This document shows positions 1 through 11,538 of a DNA stretch of 64,000 nucleotides, piece after piece. The translations under genes and the position numbers were made by a program. This stretch comes from Methanotrichaceae archaeon (GTDB taxonomy: Archaea > Halobacteriota > Methanosarcinia > Methanotrichales > Methanotrichaceae): assembly GCA_963748825.1 (NCBI GenBank), contig CAVVKN010000012.1, positions 64,001-128,000 of the forward strand, written 5' to 3'. The notes beneath the pieces were generated by a model. That model saw only the letters and a list, made by a program, of their open reading frames with translations. It searched no databases and had not been told where the DNA came from. Within the stretch, counting starts at the first letter, position 1. Each line of letters opens with the position of its first letter.

Positions 1-965
1 AGCCTGCAAAAGAGGTTCTGGCTGAGATCGAGCAAAGGTACCCGGCCTGCCCCGTTTGCGCGCCGCAGCCTAATTTAGACAAGACCGCAGGGGCAAGGCT
101 TCTTCCGGAAAGGGTGGAAAGGTGCCAATCCTGCGGCAGAGCTACGCTTGACGGCGTAATGCTCGATGCCCTGCGCCTGCTGCAAGGCTACGGTCTGCGC
201 GAGGAAGATGAGACGCTGCGCTCCGTAGGCTCGCCGCTAATTGAGGTCGGCTATCCTTTGGCCTACTCGCCGCGGCTTGGGCCCAGGAGCCTGATACTTT
301 CCGGTGACAGGTACAGCAAAGAGGCCGCAGAGGCGATGATAAAGCAAATTCCGGAGATCAAGGGAGTGATTCTGAGCCGAGGCGTCGCTGGAGTGGTCGC
401 CTCAAAGAAAAAGCCCCAGAAGAACGTGCTATTGGCCGGCTGCGACATGCGCGCCGACATCTCTCAAAGCCTCTTTGGCGAAACGGTGATATACAAGAGC
501 CAGTCGCGAATACACATCGAATTTTCCCGTCAGAGCGCCCCCAAGATGAGAATTTTAGAGCAGCTATCTTTGCAAGGAAAGCTTCGCGATGTAGTGGATG
601 GGCTCTGTGGCCCAGGAACACTGGGACTGATGTGCGTTTTGGCCGGGGCCAAGCGCGTGGTGCTCAATGATGCCTGGCTTGCCAGCGTGCAAAATGTGCT
701 GCTAAATCTTGAAGTTAATAGAAGTTTGCTTGGAATCGATGAGATTGAGTATCCGGAAACTTCCAAGAACGAAGTGGGAAAGGAGCCGGTGCTCGTCGGT
801 CGCGCCCACGGGGCCTGTGAGATCGAGGTATATCATGGCGACCTGGTGAGGCTCTTTTCCAGAGCGCGGCCCGGCGACATTTGCCTGATCGATCACTTTC
901 CCGGCGCGAATACTGCGGAGCTGGAGAGGGCCTGCCGCTGCTGTAAAGAGATCGTAATCGTATGA
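1..965 (+). CDS. Cys-rich (Zn-ribbon) putative SAM-dependent methyltransferase, 5' end outside the window
   Basis: Frame is open from position 3 (PAKEVLAEIEQRYPACPVC...). CxxC pairs and a motif I-like VVDGLCGPGTLG are present. Confidence 0.7.
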   Translation, partial: PAKEVLAEIEQRYPACPVCAPQPNLDKTAGARLLPERVERCQSCGRATLDGVMLDALRLLQGYGLREEDETLRSVGSPLIEVGYPLAYSPRLGPRSLILSGDRYSKEAAEAMIKQIPEIKGVILSRGVAGVVASKKKPQKNVLLAGCDMRADISQSLFGETVIYKSQSRIHIEFSRQSAPKMRILEQLSLQGKLRDVVDGLCGPGTLGLMCVLAGAKRVVLNDAWLASVQNVLLNLEVNRSLLGIDEIEYPETSKNEVGKEPVLVGRAHGACEIEVYHGDLVRLFSRARPGDICLIDHFPGANTAELERACRCCKEIVIV

Positions 966-1009
966 GGCTGAAGAGCGACGATTGAGAAACAATTGAAAAA
1001 CCAAATAAA

Positions 1010-1084
1010 TGGGACAGCGCGGATTCGAACCGCGGTCCAAGAGTCCCAAACCCTCGAGGATAGACCAGGCTACCCCACTGTCCC
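1010..1084 (-). tRNA. tRNA-Pro(TGG)
   Basis: Minus strand GGGACAGTGGGGTAGCCTGGTCTATCCTCGAGGG-TTTGGGA-CTCTTGGACCGCGGTTCGAATCCGCGCTGTCCCA folds as a cloverleaf. TTTTAAA box about 30 nt upstream. Confidence 0.93.
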
Positions 1085-1398
1085 AAAATGCAGTAGGCCT
1101 ACTGGTCTGTGGTCTTTAAAAGGCTTTTGCTAGGTATTTCCCTAGTGCGGTCATCAAAGCATTGCGATTCTAGAAAACCCTAATCACAACCTTTTTAAAT
1201 CCTGCTTTGATAGGGACATCTCATGGGAAAGACAGGAAGCATAGTATGGGTCAAGATTAAGGGCAGAAAGGGTCAGGTCCGGCAGGTTACCAAGGCTGAG
1301 GCCACTCACAAAAAGCCCGGTCCGATGCAAAGATATACCGCAGCAGGTTCTAGAGTCAAGAAGATAAAGAGATCTGCGAAGGCTACTCAAATCAGAAC

Positions 1399-2574
1399 AT
1401 GATCTCCCAGGACGTAGTCTTAGTTCGCTACGGGGAGATCACACTAAAAGATAGCTGGACCAGGCAGAACTGGGAACGCATTTTAGCTGGCAATATTGCT
1501 TTTTCCTTGCATAGGGCCAGGGTAGAGCATAAGATGGAGAGGGGCGAGGGCCGGATCTTCATCCATACCTCTGACTCCAGGGCAAGCGAGATTGCAGCAC
1601 GTGTTTTTGGAGTAGTCTCAACCAGCCCCGCCAGGACAGTCGCTTCGGATCTGGGGGAAATAAGCCGGGCGGCGGTAGAGCTGGCAGGCCTGGCCAAACC
1701 GAGCACTTTTGCCATCCGGCCCAGGCGCTCAGGGGTCTCATTCTCCAGCGAACAAATAGGGCGAGTCGTGGGTGAGGCCGTCAGAATTGCCACGGGCTCC
1801 TCTGTGGACCTGAATAGGCCGGAACTGGAGATCTTCGTTGAGGCCAGGAAGGATCGGGCCTTCATCTTCACCGAGGTTGTGAAGGGCGTGGGCGGCCTGC
1901 CTCTGGGGTCGCAGGGCAAGATGTTAGTTCTCATTTCAGGAGGCATTGACTCGCCCGTGGCCGCATGGATGATGATGAAGAGGGGCTGTCCGGTCACACT
2001 CCTGCATTTCGACTCCCGGCCTTATGCCGACGCCATAGACCAGTCCATGAGGTGCGCTGAGATTCTAGCGGACTGGACCGCTGGCAGAAAGATCGATTTT
2101 ATCACCATCCCCATCAGCCGGGGAATTGAGAAGATTGCATCTCACTATCCTAGAGCCACCTGCATTCTCTGCCGGCGCTTGATGTACCGGATAGCTACAG
2201 AGGTCATGGAGATGCAGGGGTGCCTGGGCATAGTCACCGGCTATTCCATGGGCCAGGTAGCCTCGCAGACGGCAGATAACATCCTGGCTGAGCAGGCGGC
2301 GATAGGAGTTCCGGTCTTCCATCCGCTCATCTCTATGGACAAGACGGAGATCATGGATCTGGCCAGAAAGGTAGGCACCTATGGCATTGCCGCAGAGACC
2401 AAATCCTGCACTGCCGTGCCGAACAAGCCCATGACTCGGGCCAAGAAGGGCGAGATCCTCATGGCAGAAGAAGAGCTTGGGCTGAGGGAAATAGCCAGAG
2501 CGCTGGTCAAAGAGATGACGGTAACCAGAATCGGGTACCAGGATATTGATTCTCTGCAAGAGGGCCATGAATAA
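1399..2574 (+). CDS. thiI: tRNA 4-thiouridine synthase ThiI
   Basis: VRYGEI N-terminus, THUMP region, GGLPLG, SGGIDS PP-loop, GQVASQT. Confidence 0.95.
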   Translation: MISQDVVLVRYGEITLKDSWTRQNWERILAGNIAFSLHRARVEHKMERGEGRIFIHTSDSRASEIAARVFGVVSTSPARTVASDLGEISRAAVELAGLAKPSTFAIRPRRSGVSFSSEQIGRVVGEAVRIATGSSVDLNRPELEIFVEARKDRAFIFTEVVKGVGGLPLGSQGKMLVLISGGIDSPVAAWMMMKRGCPVTLLHFDSRPYADAIDQSMRCAEILADWTAGRKIDFITIPISRGIEKIASHYPRATCILCRRLMYRIATEVMEMQGCLGIVTGYSMGQVASQTADNILAEQAAIGVPVFHPLISMDKTEIMDLARKVGTYGIAAETKSCTAVPNKPMTRAKKGEILMAEEELGLREIARALVKEMTVTRIGYQDIDSLQEGHE

Positions 2575-3142
2575 TATGTCTGTAAGCATATCAACAGTCA
2601 TTATTGATAGTACCTGAACTGTAAGTAATGAACTAACTTACGGATTATAGTTTGAGATTCCATTTTTTTGTCCGGCGCAAAAAAGACCTCAAAGCAATCG
2701 ATCATTCTCCATAGTGCTCCAATGATATTGATTACTAAGAGACGGGCATGGCTAGTTAGCGTGAGGTGATTTGGCCATGAAATATTCAGTGATATTCCTG
2801 CTAATCGCTAAAGTATCTACAGTTATTAATTCTAGGTGACGTCATATGGGCCTGAATAATCCTCAATTTCAGATATTTATACCACGATTTCTCCACTAAT
2901 TCCTGATTGAATTAGGCGTAAAACATAAATATTGAAAGAAGAGATACGAGATTACAATTGCGAATTAATTGATTAATTGCGATGATTGATTTAGTGTTTC
3001 CTTGGGCACGCATCAAGGGATTATGATAAACAGGCCACAATGGTCATATTTGTCGCCAATCTCACGAAGAAAGAATATTGGCAAATGTATTGCTAAACCA
3101 AGAAAAATAAGAATTTTAATCATAAGTTCAGGAGGGATACGA

Positions 3143-3346
3143 ATGGCTGAGGATAAGAAAAGGTCTAAAAAAGAAGTAAAGGGCACGATGACAGTTCAGG
3201 AGGCAGGAAGAAGAGGTGGCATGAAGACTGCTCAAACACATGGAAAGGATTTTTATGAAGAAATCGGCCATAAAGGTGGTCAGAGGGTCAAAGAATTAAT
3301 TGAAGAAGGCAAGAGAGCCAGGGCACTAAGCACAGAGAGGCAGTAG
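3143..3346 (+). CDS. KGG-motif general stress protein (GsiB/Con-10/Em-like), 67 aa
   Basis: MTVQEAGRRGG...HGKDFYEEIGHKGG. GGAGG upstream of ATG 3143. Confidence 0.85.
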   Translation: MAEDKKRSKKEVKGTMTVQEAGRRGGMKTAQTHGKDFYEEIGHKGGQRVKELIEEGKRARALSTERQ

Positions 3347-3374
3347 CGTCTTTTTTGTAAGAACGCAAGGACAA

Positions 3375-3413
3375 GTCCCGGCAGTGGCAGATTCTTTGCC
3401 GATTTGCCGGGAC
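3375..3413. terminator. GC-rich hairpin between convergent genes
   Basis: GTCCCGGCA...TGCCGGGAC 9-bp stem with an inner GGCA/TGCC pair. Confidence 0.4.
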
Positions 3414-3501
3414 CGGCATCTTGACCGGGACGCCTGGCTTTCTAGGGGCCATGTCTTCCAGCTTCGCGGCGCTCTGCTGGCGGCAAGATGAGACGGCGGC
3501 T

Positions 3502-4122
3502 TTACGGAGAGTCTGTGCTCTTCGGCTGATGGTCCTCTGTATTTTCGCTTGACGCTATCGCCATCTCATCCTTCATCTTGACCAGGATCCATCCTCGCTT
3601 GGTGCGGGTGAGAGCATAGCCGCCTTTGAGCCTTTTGCCCTCCAGCCAGAAGGCAGCGTGACCGCTATGCAGGGCCTCCCCCATGGAGATCTCCTGCCCA
3701 TCTTTTTGGGTCATATTTCGATAGGGACCCGTATCCCACACGACCACAGTTCCGGCACCGTACTGGCCTTCCGGGATTGTGCCCTGGAAAATGGCATATT
3801 CTAGAGGATGGTCTTCGGTCTGTATGGCCAGACGCTTGTCCCTGGGATCGAGGGAAGGGCCTTTGGGAACGGCCCAGGACTTAAGGACGCCGTCCACCTC
3901 CAGGCGCAGATCGTAGTGCAGGCGGCGGGAGCTGTGCTCTTGCACTACAAAGATCCTGTTGCTGGTACTGAGACCCTCGCCCGAGGGCTCAGAAGTGAGA
4001 GAAAAGTCCCTCTTCTCCCGGTAGGTTTTTAGTGGGTCCGGTTTTTCCATGCCGGATTTTGATGGATCAGATTTTTGCGAGCCTTCATTCATGAGAACAC
4101 CAATAACATTTTTCACGCTCAT
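3502..4122 (-). CDS. Stand-alone LigD 3'-phosphoesterase (PE) domain protein; start uncertain
   Basis: YREKRDF..T.EP, FVVQEH..RRLHYDLRLE.DGVLKSWAVPKGPS, EDHPLEY, YGAG.V.VWD.G motifs. Confidence 0.9.
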   Translation of the reverse strand: MSVKNVIGVLMNEGSQKSDPSKSGMEKPDPLKTYREKRDFSLTSEPSGEGLSTSNRIFVVQEHSSRRLHYDLRLEVDGVLKSWAVPKGPSLDPRDKRLAIQTEDHPLEYAIFQGTIPEGQYGAGTVVVWDTGPYRNMTQKDGQEISMGEALHSGHAAFWLEGKRLKGGYALTRTKRGWILVKMKDEMAIASSENTEDHQPKSTDSP

Positions 4123-4228
4123 AATTTAAAGATCTTCACTTGGCGAATAGGAATCGATAATCATTATAACTGACGAAGACTTTTTCTCCTCAAAACGATA
4201 ATATTACTAGCAAGAATTACTAGCAGGA

Positions 4229-6361
4229 GTGATCCCCATCCCCATGCCATCATCCCACTCGCATCACGAGCCCACGGATCTGGAGCCTGTGGCAAAAGTC
4301 GAAGAGAAAAAGCCCGATCAAGACAAGGAAATGAGGGCTAGAGAGGATTCCCGGCCGGATAGAGCCCAAAAAGAAAAGCCGCAAATGAGACATTCCGGCC
4401 ATGCCGGGCAGGGCCATGCAGGACAAGGCCATCAGGGCATGCTGGCCGATTTCAAGCGACGTCTGATCTTCTCTCTCATCCTTACCGGGCCGGTACTCTT
4501 GCTCTCTCCTCACGTGCAGCAGTTCTTCGGCTTTCATTGGCAGCCTTCTGGCTCCGCCACACTCCTTTTCCTGCTCTCCTCCGCAGTCTACTTCTATGGC
4601 GGCTATCCCTTCTTTGTCGGCCTGAAAGCCGAATTTCGAAAAAGGCAGCCGGGCATGATGACACTGGTGGCAGTTGCCATAACTGTGGCCTACGTCTACA
4701 GCTCTTCTGTCATCTTTGGCTTTGCAGGCATGGACTTCTTCTGGGAGCTGGTCACGCTGATAGATATCATGCTTCTCGGTCACTGGATCGAGATGCGCTC
4801 CACCATGGGGGCCTCGCGCGCCCTGGAGGAACTGGCAAAGATCTTGCCCTCTCAAGCGCATCTGATCCGGGACGGTGCGGTGCATGAAGTAAATGTTTCA
4901 GACTTAAAACCGGAAGATCACGTTCTTGTAAAGCCCGGCGAAAAGATTCCTGCAGACGGAAGGGTACTGGAGGGGGCCTCGGATGTAAATGAATCAGCGC
5001 TCACTGGCGAGTCTCAGCCGGTGATCAAGAGAGCTGGAGACGAGGTCATGGCCGGCTCGATAAATGGCTCAGGAGCTGTAACGGTGGCCGTCACGAAGAC
5101 GGGCAAGGACAGCTACCTGTCCCAGGTGATTGAACTGGTAAGACGCGCCCAGGAGAGCCGATCAAAGACCCAGAACCTGGCCGACAAAGCGGCATTTGCG
5201 CTCACGGTTGTGGCTTTAACGGCAGGCAGCCTCACCTTGGCCGCCTGGCTCATCCTGGGGGAGGGTTTTGCTTTTGCCGTGGAGAGGGCGGTGACGGTCA
5301 TGGTCACTGCCTGCCCTCATGCCTTGGGGCTGGCTATTCCTCTGGTGGTAGCCGTGTCCACCTCTCTGGCCGCCAAATCCGGGCTTCTGGTTCGAGAGCG
5401 GCAGGCCTTTGAGACGGCCAAAGACATCTCGGCCGTGGTCTTCGATAAGACGGGCACCCTCACAGAAGGCCGCTTCGGGGTCACAGATATTCTGCCTCTG
5501 GTGGAGGCGGATGAGAACAGGATCCTGGAGCTGGCAGCGTCCCTGGAGGGCCGGGCGGAGCATCCCATCGCTCAGGCAGTGACGAAAAAGGCGGAGGAGA
5601 GGAATCTAGCCATCCTCACGCCCCAGGAGTTTCGGCTCATTCCGGGAGAGGGAATCGAAGGCCAAGTAGGGGGCAGAAATCTGAAGATCGTCAGCCCCGG
5701 TTATCTGAAAGAGCTGAAAAACGATTTTCAGGACGAGCGGCTGGGGCGGTTGCTCGGTCAGGCAAAGACGGTGGTGATCCTTCTGGAGGGCGAAAAGCCT
5801 CTGGGTGCTATTGCTCTGGCCGATGTTGTCAGAAAGGAGTCACGAGAGGCTGTGGACCTGCTCAAGTCCATGGGCATAAAATGTATGATGCTCACCGGAG
5901 ACAATCGATCTGTCGCCGAGGCGGTCTCCAGGGAGCTGGGGCTGGATGAGTTCTTCGCTGAGGTTTTGCCTGGCGAGAAAGCGGATGCCATCAAGAAAGT
6001 GCAGGAAAAATACACCGTGGCCATGGTGGGAGATGGAGTCAACGATGCTCCGGCCCTGGCCCAGGCTGATGTGGGCATCGCCATCGGCGCGGGAACAGAT
6101 GTGGCCATCCAGGCCGCGGACATAATATTAGTAAGAAATGACCCGCGCGATGTGGTCAATATCATCAGCCTCTCTAGAAAGACCTATGCCAAAATGCTTC
6201 AGAATCTGCTCTGGGCCACGGGCTACAATGTAATTGCCATTCCTTTGGCAGCTGGCGTTCTTTATAGCTGGGGCATTCTGCTCAGCCCGGCAGCGGGAGC
6301 GGTGCTCATGAGCCTGTCCACGGTGATTGTGGCGGTGAATGCCAGGAGGCTCGAGATGTGA
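4229..6361 (+). CDS. copB: Copper-translocating P1B-type ATPase, CopB-like
   Basis: His-rich N-terminus, TGES, CPH, DKTGT, GDGVND, YN and MSLS motifs. Confidence 0.92.
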   Translation: MIPIPMPSSHSHHEPTDLEPVAKVEEKKPDQDKEMRAREDSRPDRAQKEKPQMRHSGHAGQGHAGQGHQGMLADFKRRLIFSLILTGPVLLLSPHVQQFFGFHWQPSGSATLLFLLSSAVYFYGGYPFFVGLKAEFRKRQPGMMTLVAVAITVAYVYSSSVIFGFAGMDFFWELVTLIDIMLLGHWIEMRSTMGASRALEELAKILPSQAHLIRDGAVHEVNVSDLKPEDHVLVKPGEKIPADGRVLEGASDVNESALTGESQPVIKRAGDEVMAGSINGSGAVTVAVTKTGKDSYLSQVIELVRRAQESRSKTQNLADKAAFALTVVALTAGSLTLAAWLILGEGFAFAVERAVTVMVTACPHALGLAIPLVVAVSTSLAAKSGLLVRERQAFETAKDISAVVFDKTGTLTEGRFGVTDILPLVEADENRILELAASLEGRAEHPIAQAVTKKAEERNLAILTPQEFRLIPGEGIEGQVGGRNLKIVSPGYLKELKNDFQDERLGRLLGQAKTVVILLEGEKPLGAIALADVVRKESREAVDLLKSMGIKCMMLTGDNRSVAEAVSRELGLDEFFAEVLPGEKADAIKKVQEKYTVAMVGDGVNDAPALAQADVGIAIGAGTDVAIQAADIILVRNDPRDVVNIISLSRKTYAKMLQNLLWATGYNVIAIPLAAGVLYSWGILLSPAAGAVLMSLSTVIVAVNARRLEM

Positions 6362-6472
6362 AATCGCTATTCTATTACTCGTAAGAAAGCTCCGAGGGTG
6401 GGATAATGACTATAACTTTAATGTTTAAATGCACAAAAAATATACAAGCGACCTAATTACTCAGTAATTATA

Positions 6473-6545
<73 letters not shown>

Positions 6546-6550
6546 TCAAG

Positions 6551-6624
6551 TGGGCCCGACGCGATTCGAACGCATGACCTCCGCCATGTCAAGGCGACGT
6601 CATAACCAGCTAGACCACGGGCCC
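6551..6624 (-). tRNA. tRNA-Val(GAC), tandem with tRNA-Phe
   Basis: GGGCCCGTGGTCTAGCTGGTTATGACGTCGCC-TTGACAT-GGCGGAGGTCATGCGTTCGAATCGCGTCGGGCCCA. Confidence 0.96.
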
Positions 6625-6734
6625 GCAAGCACCTTCCCTGTCTCGTTCTCGCAGATAAAGGCTTCGGTCTGACTTGGGAATAGCTAAAATGAAATTTGGA
6701 TAGGGGCGGCATCGTGCCCGGCCCTATCCAAATT

Positions 6735-9700
6735 TCAATTGTAGTAGACCTCTTTGTGATACTCATCCAGCGCCTTGATGGTGATCTGATCCTTCTTAGC
6801 CATGAGAATCGCATCTGCCGCTGCCTGAGCCGCCTGGATGGTGGTGATGTAGGGGAGATGGTAATCCACGGCGCTTCTCCGGATCTGGACGCCGTCCTTG
6901 ACCGACTGCTTGGTGGTGGGCGTGTTGATGATCAGCTTCACCTCGCCAATCTTGATATAGTCCATGATATTGGGGCTGCCGTTGTAGATCTTATTCACCT
7001 TCACCACAGGCAGGCCCGAGCGGCGCAGGTAATCGGCTGTGCTATCCGTCGCAATGATGGAGAGCCCTGCCTCATGCATCTTCTTGGCAGCCACAGCAAC
7101 TGCAGCCTTGTCCTCATCTTTGACGGAGATGAAGACCATGCCCTCCAGAGGCAGCGGATTGTCCGCGGACAGCTCTGCCTTGAAGAAGGCCAGGCCCAGC
7201 TTGTAGTCTATGCCCATGACCTCGCCCGTAGACCTCATCTCCGGCCCCAGCAGCACATCCGCGCCTGGCAGCTTGTCGAAGGGCAGGAGCACCTCTTTGA
7301 CGGAGACGTAAGGCGTCTTGGGCTCCAAGAGCATGCCCTGCTCGCGTAGGGACTTTCCAATCATGACGTTGGCGGCAATCTTGGCCAGGGGCAGGCCCAC
7401 GGCTTTGGAGACGAAGGGTATGGTGCGACTCGACCTGGGATTGGCCTCCAGCACATAAACCGTTCCGTCTTTGTAAGCCATCTGCAGGTTCACAATTCCT
7501 ACGACTTTAAGACCAAGCGCGATCTTGCGCACGTAGTCCCTTACTACCTCTAAAACCACACCCGGTAAGGTCTGGGGTGGAATCATGCAGGCGCTGTCGC
7601 CCGAATGAATGCCTGCCTCCTCGATGTGCTCCATGATGGCGCCGATCAGAACATCTGTTCCGTCGCAAACAGCGTCCACATCGATCTCCACGGCGTTTTG
7701 CAGGAAATCATCGATAAGAACCGGATGCTCATGGGAGACGTGCACCGCCTCGCGCATATAGACCTCCAGGCCCGCCTCGTCGTAAACAATCTCCATGGCC
7801 CGGCCCCCCAGAACGTAGCTGGGCCGCACCAGCACGGGATAGCCGATCCTGGTGGCAACGGCCTTGGCCTCGGCGGGAGTGAAGGCGATGCCGGCTCTGG
7901 GCTGAGGGATGTTCAACTGGTCCATGAGAGCATTGAACCTCTCCCTGTCCTCCGCCAGATCAATGCTGTCCGGGCTGGTGCCCAGGATCTTTGTCTTCAG
8001 GCCTCGGCGCGCGATCTCCTTTTCCAGGGGGAAGGCCAGGTTTATGGCCGTCTGGCCGCCGAACTGCACCAGTACACCGTAGGGCTGCTCCTTTTCCAGG
8101 ATGTTTATGACGTCCTCCAAAGTAACCGGCTCAAAGAAGAGCTTGTCTGAGGTGTCGTAATCGGTGGAAACGGTCTCAGGATTGTTGTTGACGATGTGGG
8201 TCTCGATGCCCTGCTCGCGCAGCGCCATCACAGCATGAACTGTGCAGTAGTCAAACTCGATACCCTGGCCGATGCGGATGGGGCCTGAGCCCAGGATCAG
8301 CACCTTCTTTTTGTCTGAGGGCACCAGCTCGCACTGGGTGTCGTAGGTGGAGTAGTAGTAGGGGGTCTTGGCCTCAAACTCGGCGGCACAGGTATCCACC
8401 ATCTTGTAAGTAGGAATGATGCCAAGCGAGATACGCATATCTGTTATCTCTTCCCGGCTTTTGCCCACGATGCCCGCTATCTGCTTATCGGTAAAGCCGG
8501 TGCGCTTGGCCTTCCTCAGGGTCTCGAAATTCAGTTCTGCCCCTATTTCCTTCTCCATGGCAATGATGTTCTCTATCCTGTAGAGGAAGTAAGGCTCAAT
8601 GCCGGTGATCTTTGAGATCTCCTCTGATGACATGCCCCTCTTCAAGGCCTGGTAGATGGCAAAGAGCCGCTCGTCAGTGGGATTTTCCAGGAGGTTTTTG
8701 ATCTCCTCATCCGTCCAGGTGGTGTACTTTCCCGCGTACCCCAGATCTTTATCGATATCCAGGGAACGAATGGCCTTCATGAGAGCCTCTTCGTAGCTGC
8801 GTCCAATGGACATGACCTCACCAGTGGATTTCATGGCCGTGGTGAGGGTCTTGTTGGCCTTGACGAACTTGTCGAACGGCCAGCGGGGAATCTTGATCAC
8901 CACGTAATCCACGGCGGGCTCGAAGGAGGCGGGCGTCTCTTTGGTCACATCGTTTCTGATCTCATCGAGTGTCATGCCGATAGCGATCTTGGCGGTAACT
9001 CGAGCAATTGGGTAGCCGGTGGCCTTGGAGGCCAGAGCCGAGGATCGGGAGACGCGGGGATTGACCTCTATGACCCGGTACTCCCCGTTCTTGAATGCGA
9101 ACTGAATGTTGCAGCCACCTTCAATTTCTAAAGCGCGGATGATGTTGATGGCTGCGCTTCGCAGCATCTGGATCTCCTTATCGGACAGGGTCTGGATGGG
9201 CGTGACGACAATGGACTCGCCAGTGTGAATGCCCATTGGATCCATATTCTCCATGTTGCAGATGGTGATGCAGGTATTGTTCGAGTCTCTCATCACCTCG
9301 TACTCCAGCTCAATCCAGCCTCCTACGCTCTCCTCCAGCAGGACCTGGCTAATGCGAGACCTCTTCAGCCCCAGCTCGCAGATGGAGAGAAGTTCCTCGC
9401 GAGTCTTGGCAATACCGCCACCAGAGCCGCCTAATGTGTAGGCGGGCCGGACTACCAGCGGCAGTCCCAGCTCCTCCATGACCGCCAGAGCCTCCTGCAG
9501 GGTGTTGACCGCTTTGCTCTTCGGCACAGGCTCGCCCACCCGCTGCATGGCTTTCTTGAAGAGGTCGCGATCCTCTGCCTCTCGAATGGACTTGACGGAC
9601 GTGCCCAGTACCTCAACATTGAATTTCTCTAAAACGCCCATCTCCGCCAGCTCGGATGTGATATTCAGGCCTGTCTGGCCGCCGATGCCGGCGATAATTC

Positions 9701-9953
9701 CATCAGGCCTCTCCTTCTCGATGATCTTGGCCACGATCTCCGGCACCAAAGGCTCAATGTAGACTTTATCTGCGGTGTCCGGATCGGTCATGATGGTGGC
9801 CGGATTGGAGTTGACCAAGACGACCTCGATTCCCTCTTCGCGCAGAGACTTGCAGGCCTGAGAGCCGGAGAAATCAAATTCTGCAGCCTGGCCGATCTGA
9901 ATAGGCCCCGAGCCGATGAGAAGGACCTTATGAATATCATTTCTTTTGGGCAT
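6735..9953 (-). CDS. carB: Carbamoyl-phosphate synthase large subunit
   Basis: [25 protein letters not shown], duplicated ATP-grasp domains, MGS tail; 1072 aa. Confidence 0.98.
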   Translation of the reverse strand: MPKRNDIHKVLLIGSGPIQIGQAAEFDFSGSQACKSLREEGIEVVLVNSNPATIMTDPDTADKVYIEPLVPEIVAKIIEKERPDGIIAGIGGQTGLNITSELAEMGVLEKFNVEVLGTSVKSIREAEDRDLFKKAMQRVGEPVPKSKAVNTLQEALAVMEELGLPLVVRPAYTLGGSGGGIAKTREELLSICELGLKRSRISQVLLEESVGGWIELEYEVMRDSNNTCITICNMENMDPMGIHTGESIVVTPIQTLSDKEIQMLRSAAINIIRALEIEGGCNIQFAFKNGEYRVIEVNPRVSRSSALASKATGYPIARVTAKIAIGMTLDEIRNDVTKETPASFEPAVDYVVIKIPRWPFDKFVKANKTLTTAMKSTGEVMSIGRSYEEALMKAIRSLDIDKDLGYAGKYTTWTDEEIKNLLENPTDERLFAIYQALKRGMSSEEISKITGIEPYFLYRIENIIAMEKEIGAELNFETLRKAKRTGFTDKQIAGIVGKSREEITDMRISLGIIPTYKMVDTCAAEFEAKTPYYYSTYDTQCELVPSDKKKVLILGSGPIRIGQGIEFDYCTVHAVMALREQGIETHIVNNNPETVSTDYDTSDKLFFEPVTLEDVINILEKEQPYGVLVQFGGQTAINLAFPLEKEIARRGLKTKILGTSPDSIDLAEDRERFNALMDQLNIPQPRAGIAFTPAEAKAVATRIGYPVLVRPSYVLGGRAMEIVYDEAGLEVYMREAVHVSHEHPVLIDDFLQNAVEIDVDAVCDGTDVLIGAIMEHIEEAGIHSGDSACMIPPQTLPGVVLEVVRDYVRKIALGLKVVGIVNLQMAYKDGTVYVLEANPRSSRTIPFVSKAVGLPLAKIAANVMIGKSLREQGMLLEPKTPYVSVKEVLLPFDKLPGADVLLGPEMRSTGEVMGIDYKLGLAFFKAELSADNPLPLEGMVFISVKDEDKAAVAVAAKKMHEAGLSIIATDSTADYLRRSGLPVVKVNKIYNGSPNIMDYIKIGEVKLIINTPTTKQSVKDGVQIRRSAVDYHLPYITTIQAAQAAADAILMAKKDQITIKALDEYHKEVYYN

Positions 9954-9955
9954 CT

Positions 9956-11062
9956 CTATCGCCTCCCGGCGGCAGCAGTCTTGTCATTCATTATTCTCAA
10001 GACCGATCCGAAGAAGGGGTCTTCAGTGCAGAGCGGTCCGGGATTGGCTTCCGGATGGTACTGGACTGCCAGAACATTGAGCTTGTCGCTCTTTATGCCT
10101 TCGACTGTGCCGTCGTTGGCATTGAGTTGAGTGATCTCCAGATCCGTGCCTTCTACCGAATCAGGGACCACGGCGAAGTTGTGATTCTGTGAGGTGATGT
10201 AGACAATCTTCTTTTCCAGGTCTTTGACGGGCTGGTTACCCCCATGGTGACCGAACTTGAGCTTGAAGGTCTGGGCACCTAGAGCCAGAGAAATGATCTG
10301 ATGTCCCAGGCATATTCCGAAGACGGGAATCTGTCCGGCAAAGTGCTTAACGGCTGAGATGGCCTCATAGGCCCTCTCGGGATCGCCCGGCCCATTGGAG
10401 ACGAAAAGTGCCTCTGGCCTTGCCGCCTCGATCAGAGAGATGTCGGCATGAGCGGGAAGCACGGTTACATCAAATCCGCGGCAAGAGAGGCTCTTTAAAA
10501 TGTTCCTCTTAATGCCTAAATCCAGCACCACCATGCGAGGACCTTTTCCCTCGATGCGATAGGGAGCCTTGCAAGTCACATCCCTCAGCAGATTTTGCGC
10601 GGAGATATCGGCCTGGGATCGGGCCATTGCCACCACATCCATGTCTTGCACGTCTCTCCTTTCGCCAACGGCAAGCGTGGCTTTCATTACGCCAAGCTCC
10701 CTCACCTTCAAAGTGAGCATGCGAGTATCCACGTCGCATAGTCCAGGCTTGCCCTCATCGATAAGGAACCGATTGAGCGTTTTTGCATGGCGATGATGTG
10801 TTGGCCGGTCCCAGTACTCCCGGCTGACCATGGCGCGCGGCCACATCTTGTCGGATTGAAAATCCTCACCGCTTATGCCGTAGTTGCCCTGCAAAGGATA
10901 TGTGAACATAAGCATCTGTCCGTGGTAAGAGGGGTCTGTTAATGCCTCCTCGTAACCGGACATAACGGTAGTAAAGACCAGTTCACCCGAAACCACGCCG
11001 GGCGCACCAAAACCGGTACCTTCCACCCTCGTACCGTCTTCTAACCCTAAGACCCCAATCAT
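9956..11062 (-). CDS. carA: Carbamoyl-phosphate synthase small subunit
   Basis: LEDG..GFGA, GELVF.T..SGY.E.LTDPSY, GICLGHQ, QYHPEA. Start placed at [10 protein letters not shown]. Confidence 0.96.
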   Translation of the reverse strand: MIGVLGLEDGTRVEGTGFGAPGVVSGELVFTTVMSGYEEALTDPSYHGQMLMFTYPLQGNYGISGEDFQSDKMWPRAMVSREYWDRPTHHRHAKTLNRFLIDEGKPGLCDVDTRMLTLKVRELGVMKATLAVGERRDVQDMDVVAMARSQADISAQNLLRDVTCKAPYRIEGKGPRMVVLDLGIKRNILKSLSCRGFDVTVLPAHADISLIEAARPEALFVSNGPGDPERAYEAISAVKHFAGQIPVFGICLGHQIISLALGAQTFKLKFGHHGGNQPVKDLEKKIVYITSQNHNFAVVPDSVEGTDLEITQLNANDGTVEGIKSDKLNVLAVQYHPEANPGPLCTEDPFFGSVLRIMNDKTAAAGRR

Positions 11063-11186
11063 AGTATCGGCAACACAAGAAGCTAAGTCACCTAAATACA
11101 TTTCGATGCTGGAAAATGGTTTTAGAGGCTTGGCTCTATCCGGCAGAATCACCATCTTTTTTAAGTTGGAGCCCTATTTCGCATGC

Positions 11187-11531
11187 ATGGAAGTTAAAGT
11201 GGAGATCTCGAAAAGCTCTGATTTCAAGCAGGTCTATGCCATCGGCGCAATAGGAGGCCACAGCCCCTATGACTTTCGCATTGCCTTTTACAACGACTCG
11301 CCCAAAACGGTGGTCGACGACGGCAAGAGCTTGACCATCATGGAGAGAAAAATCGATACGGAAATCATTCTCTCACCCCTGGCGGCCAAGGAACTGGCCA
11401 ACTGGCTGGTAGAACATATCAAGGACTATGAGAAGGTCTTCGGAGAGATCAAGAGGCCGGGATCGGTATCCCAGGGTCCTGCCGTTGTCGGAAAGGGCAG
11501 CGAGTCGGCAGCTATTCAGGGATATATGTGA
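11187..11531 (+). CDS. Conserved hypothetical protein (DUF3467-like)
   Basis: FKQVYAIGAIGGHSPYDFRIAFY...IILSPLAAKELA pattern; divergent from carA. Confidence 0.65.
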   Translation: MEVKVEISKSSDFKQVYAIGAIGGHSPYDFRIAFYNDSPKTVVDDGKSLTIMERKIDTEIILSPLAAKELANWLVEHIKDYEKVFGEIKRPGSVSQGPAVVGKGSESAAIQGYM

Positions 11532-11538
11532 GGCAGCT

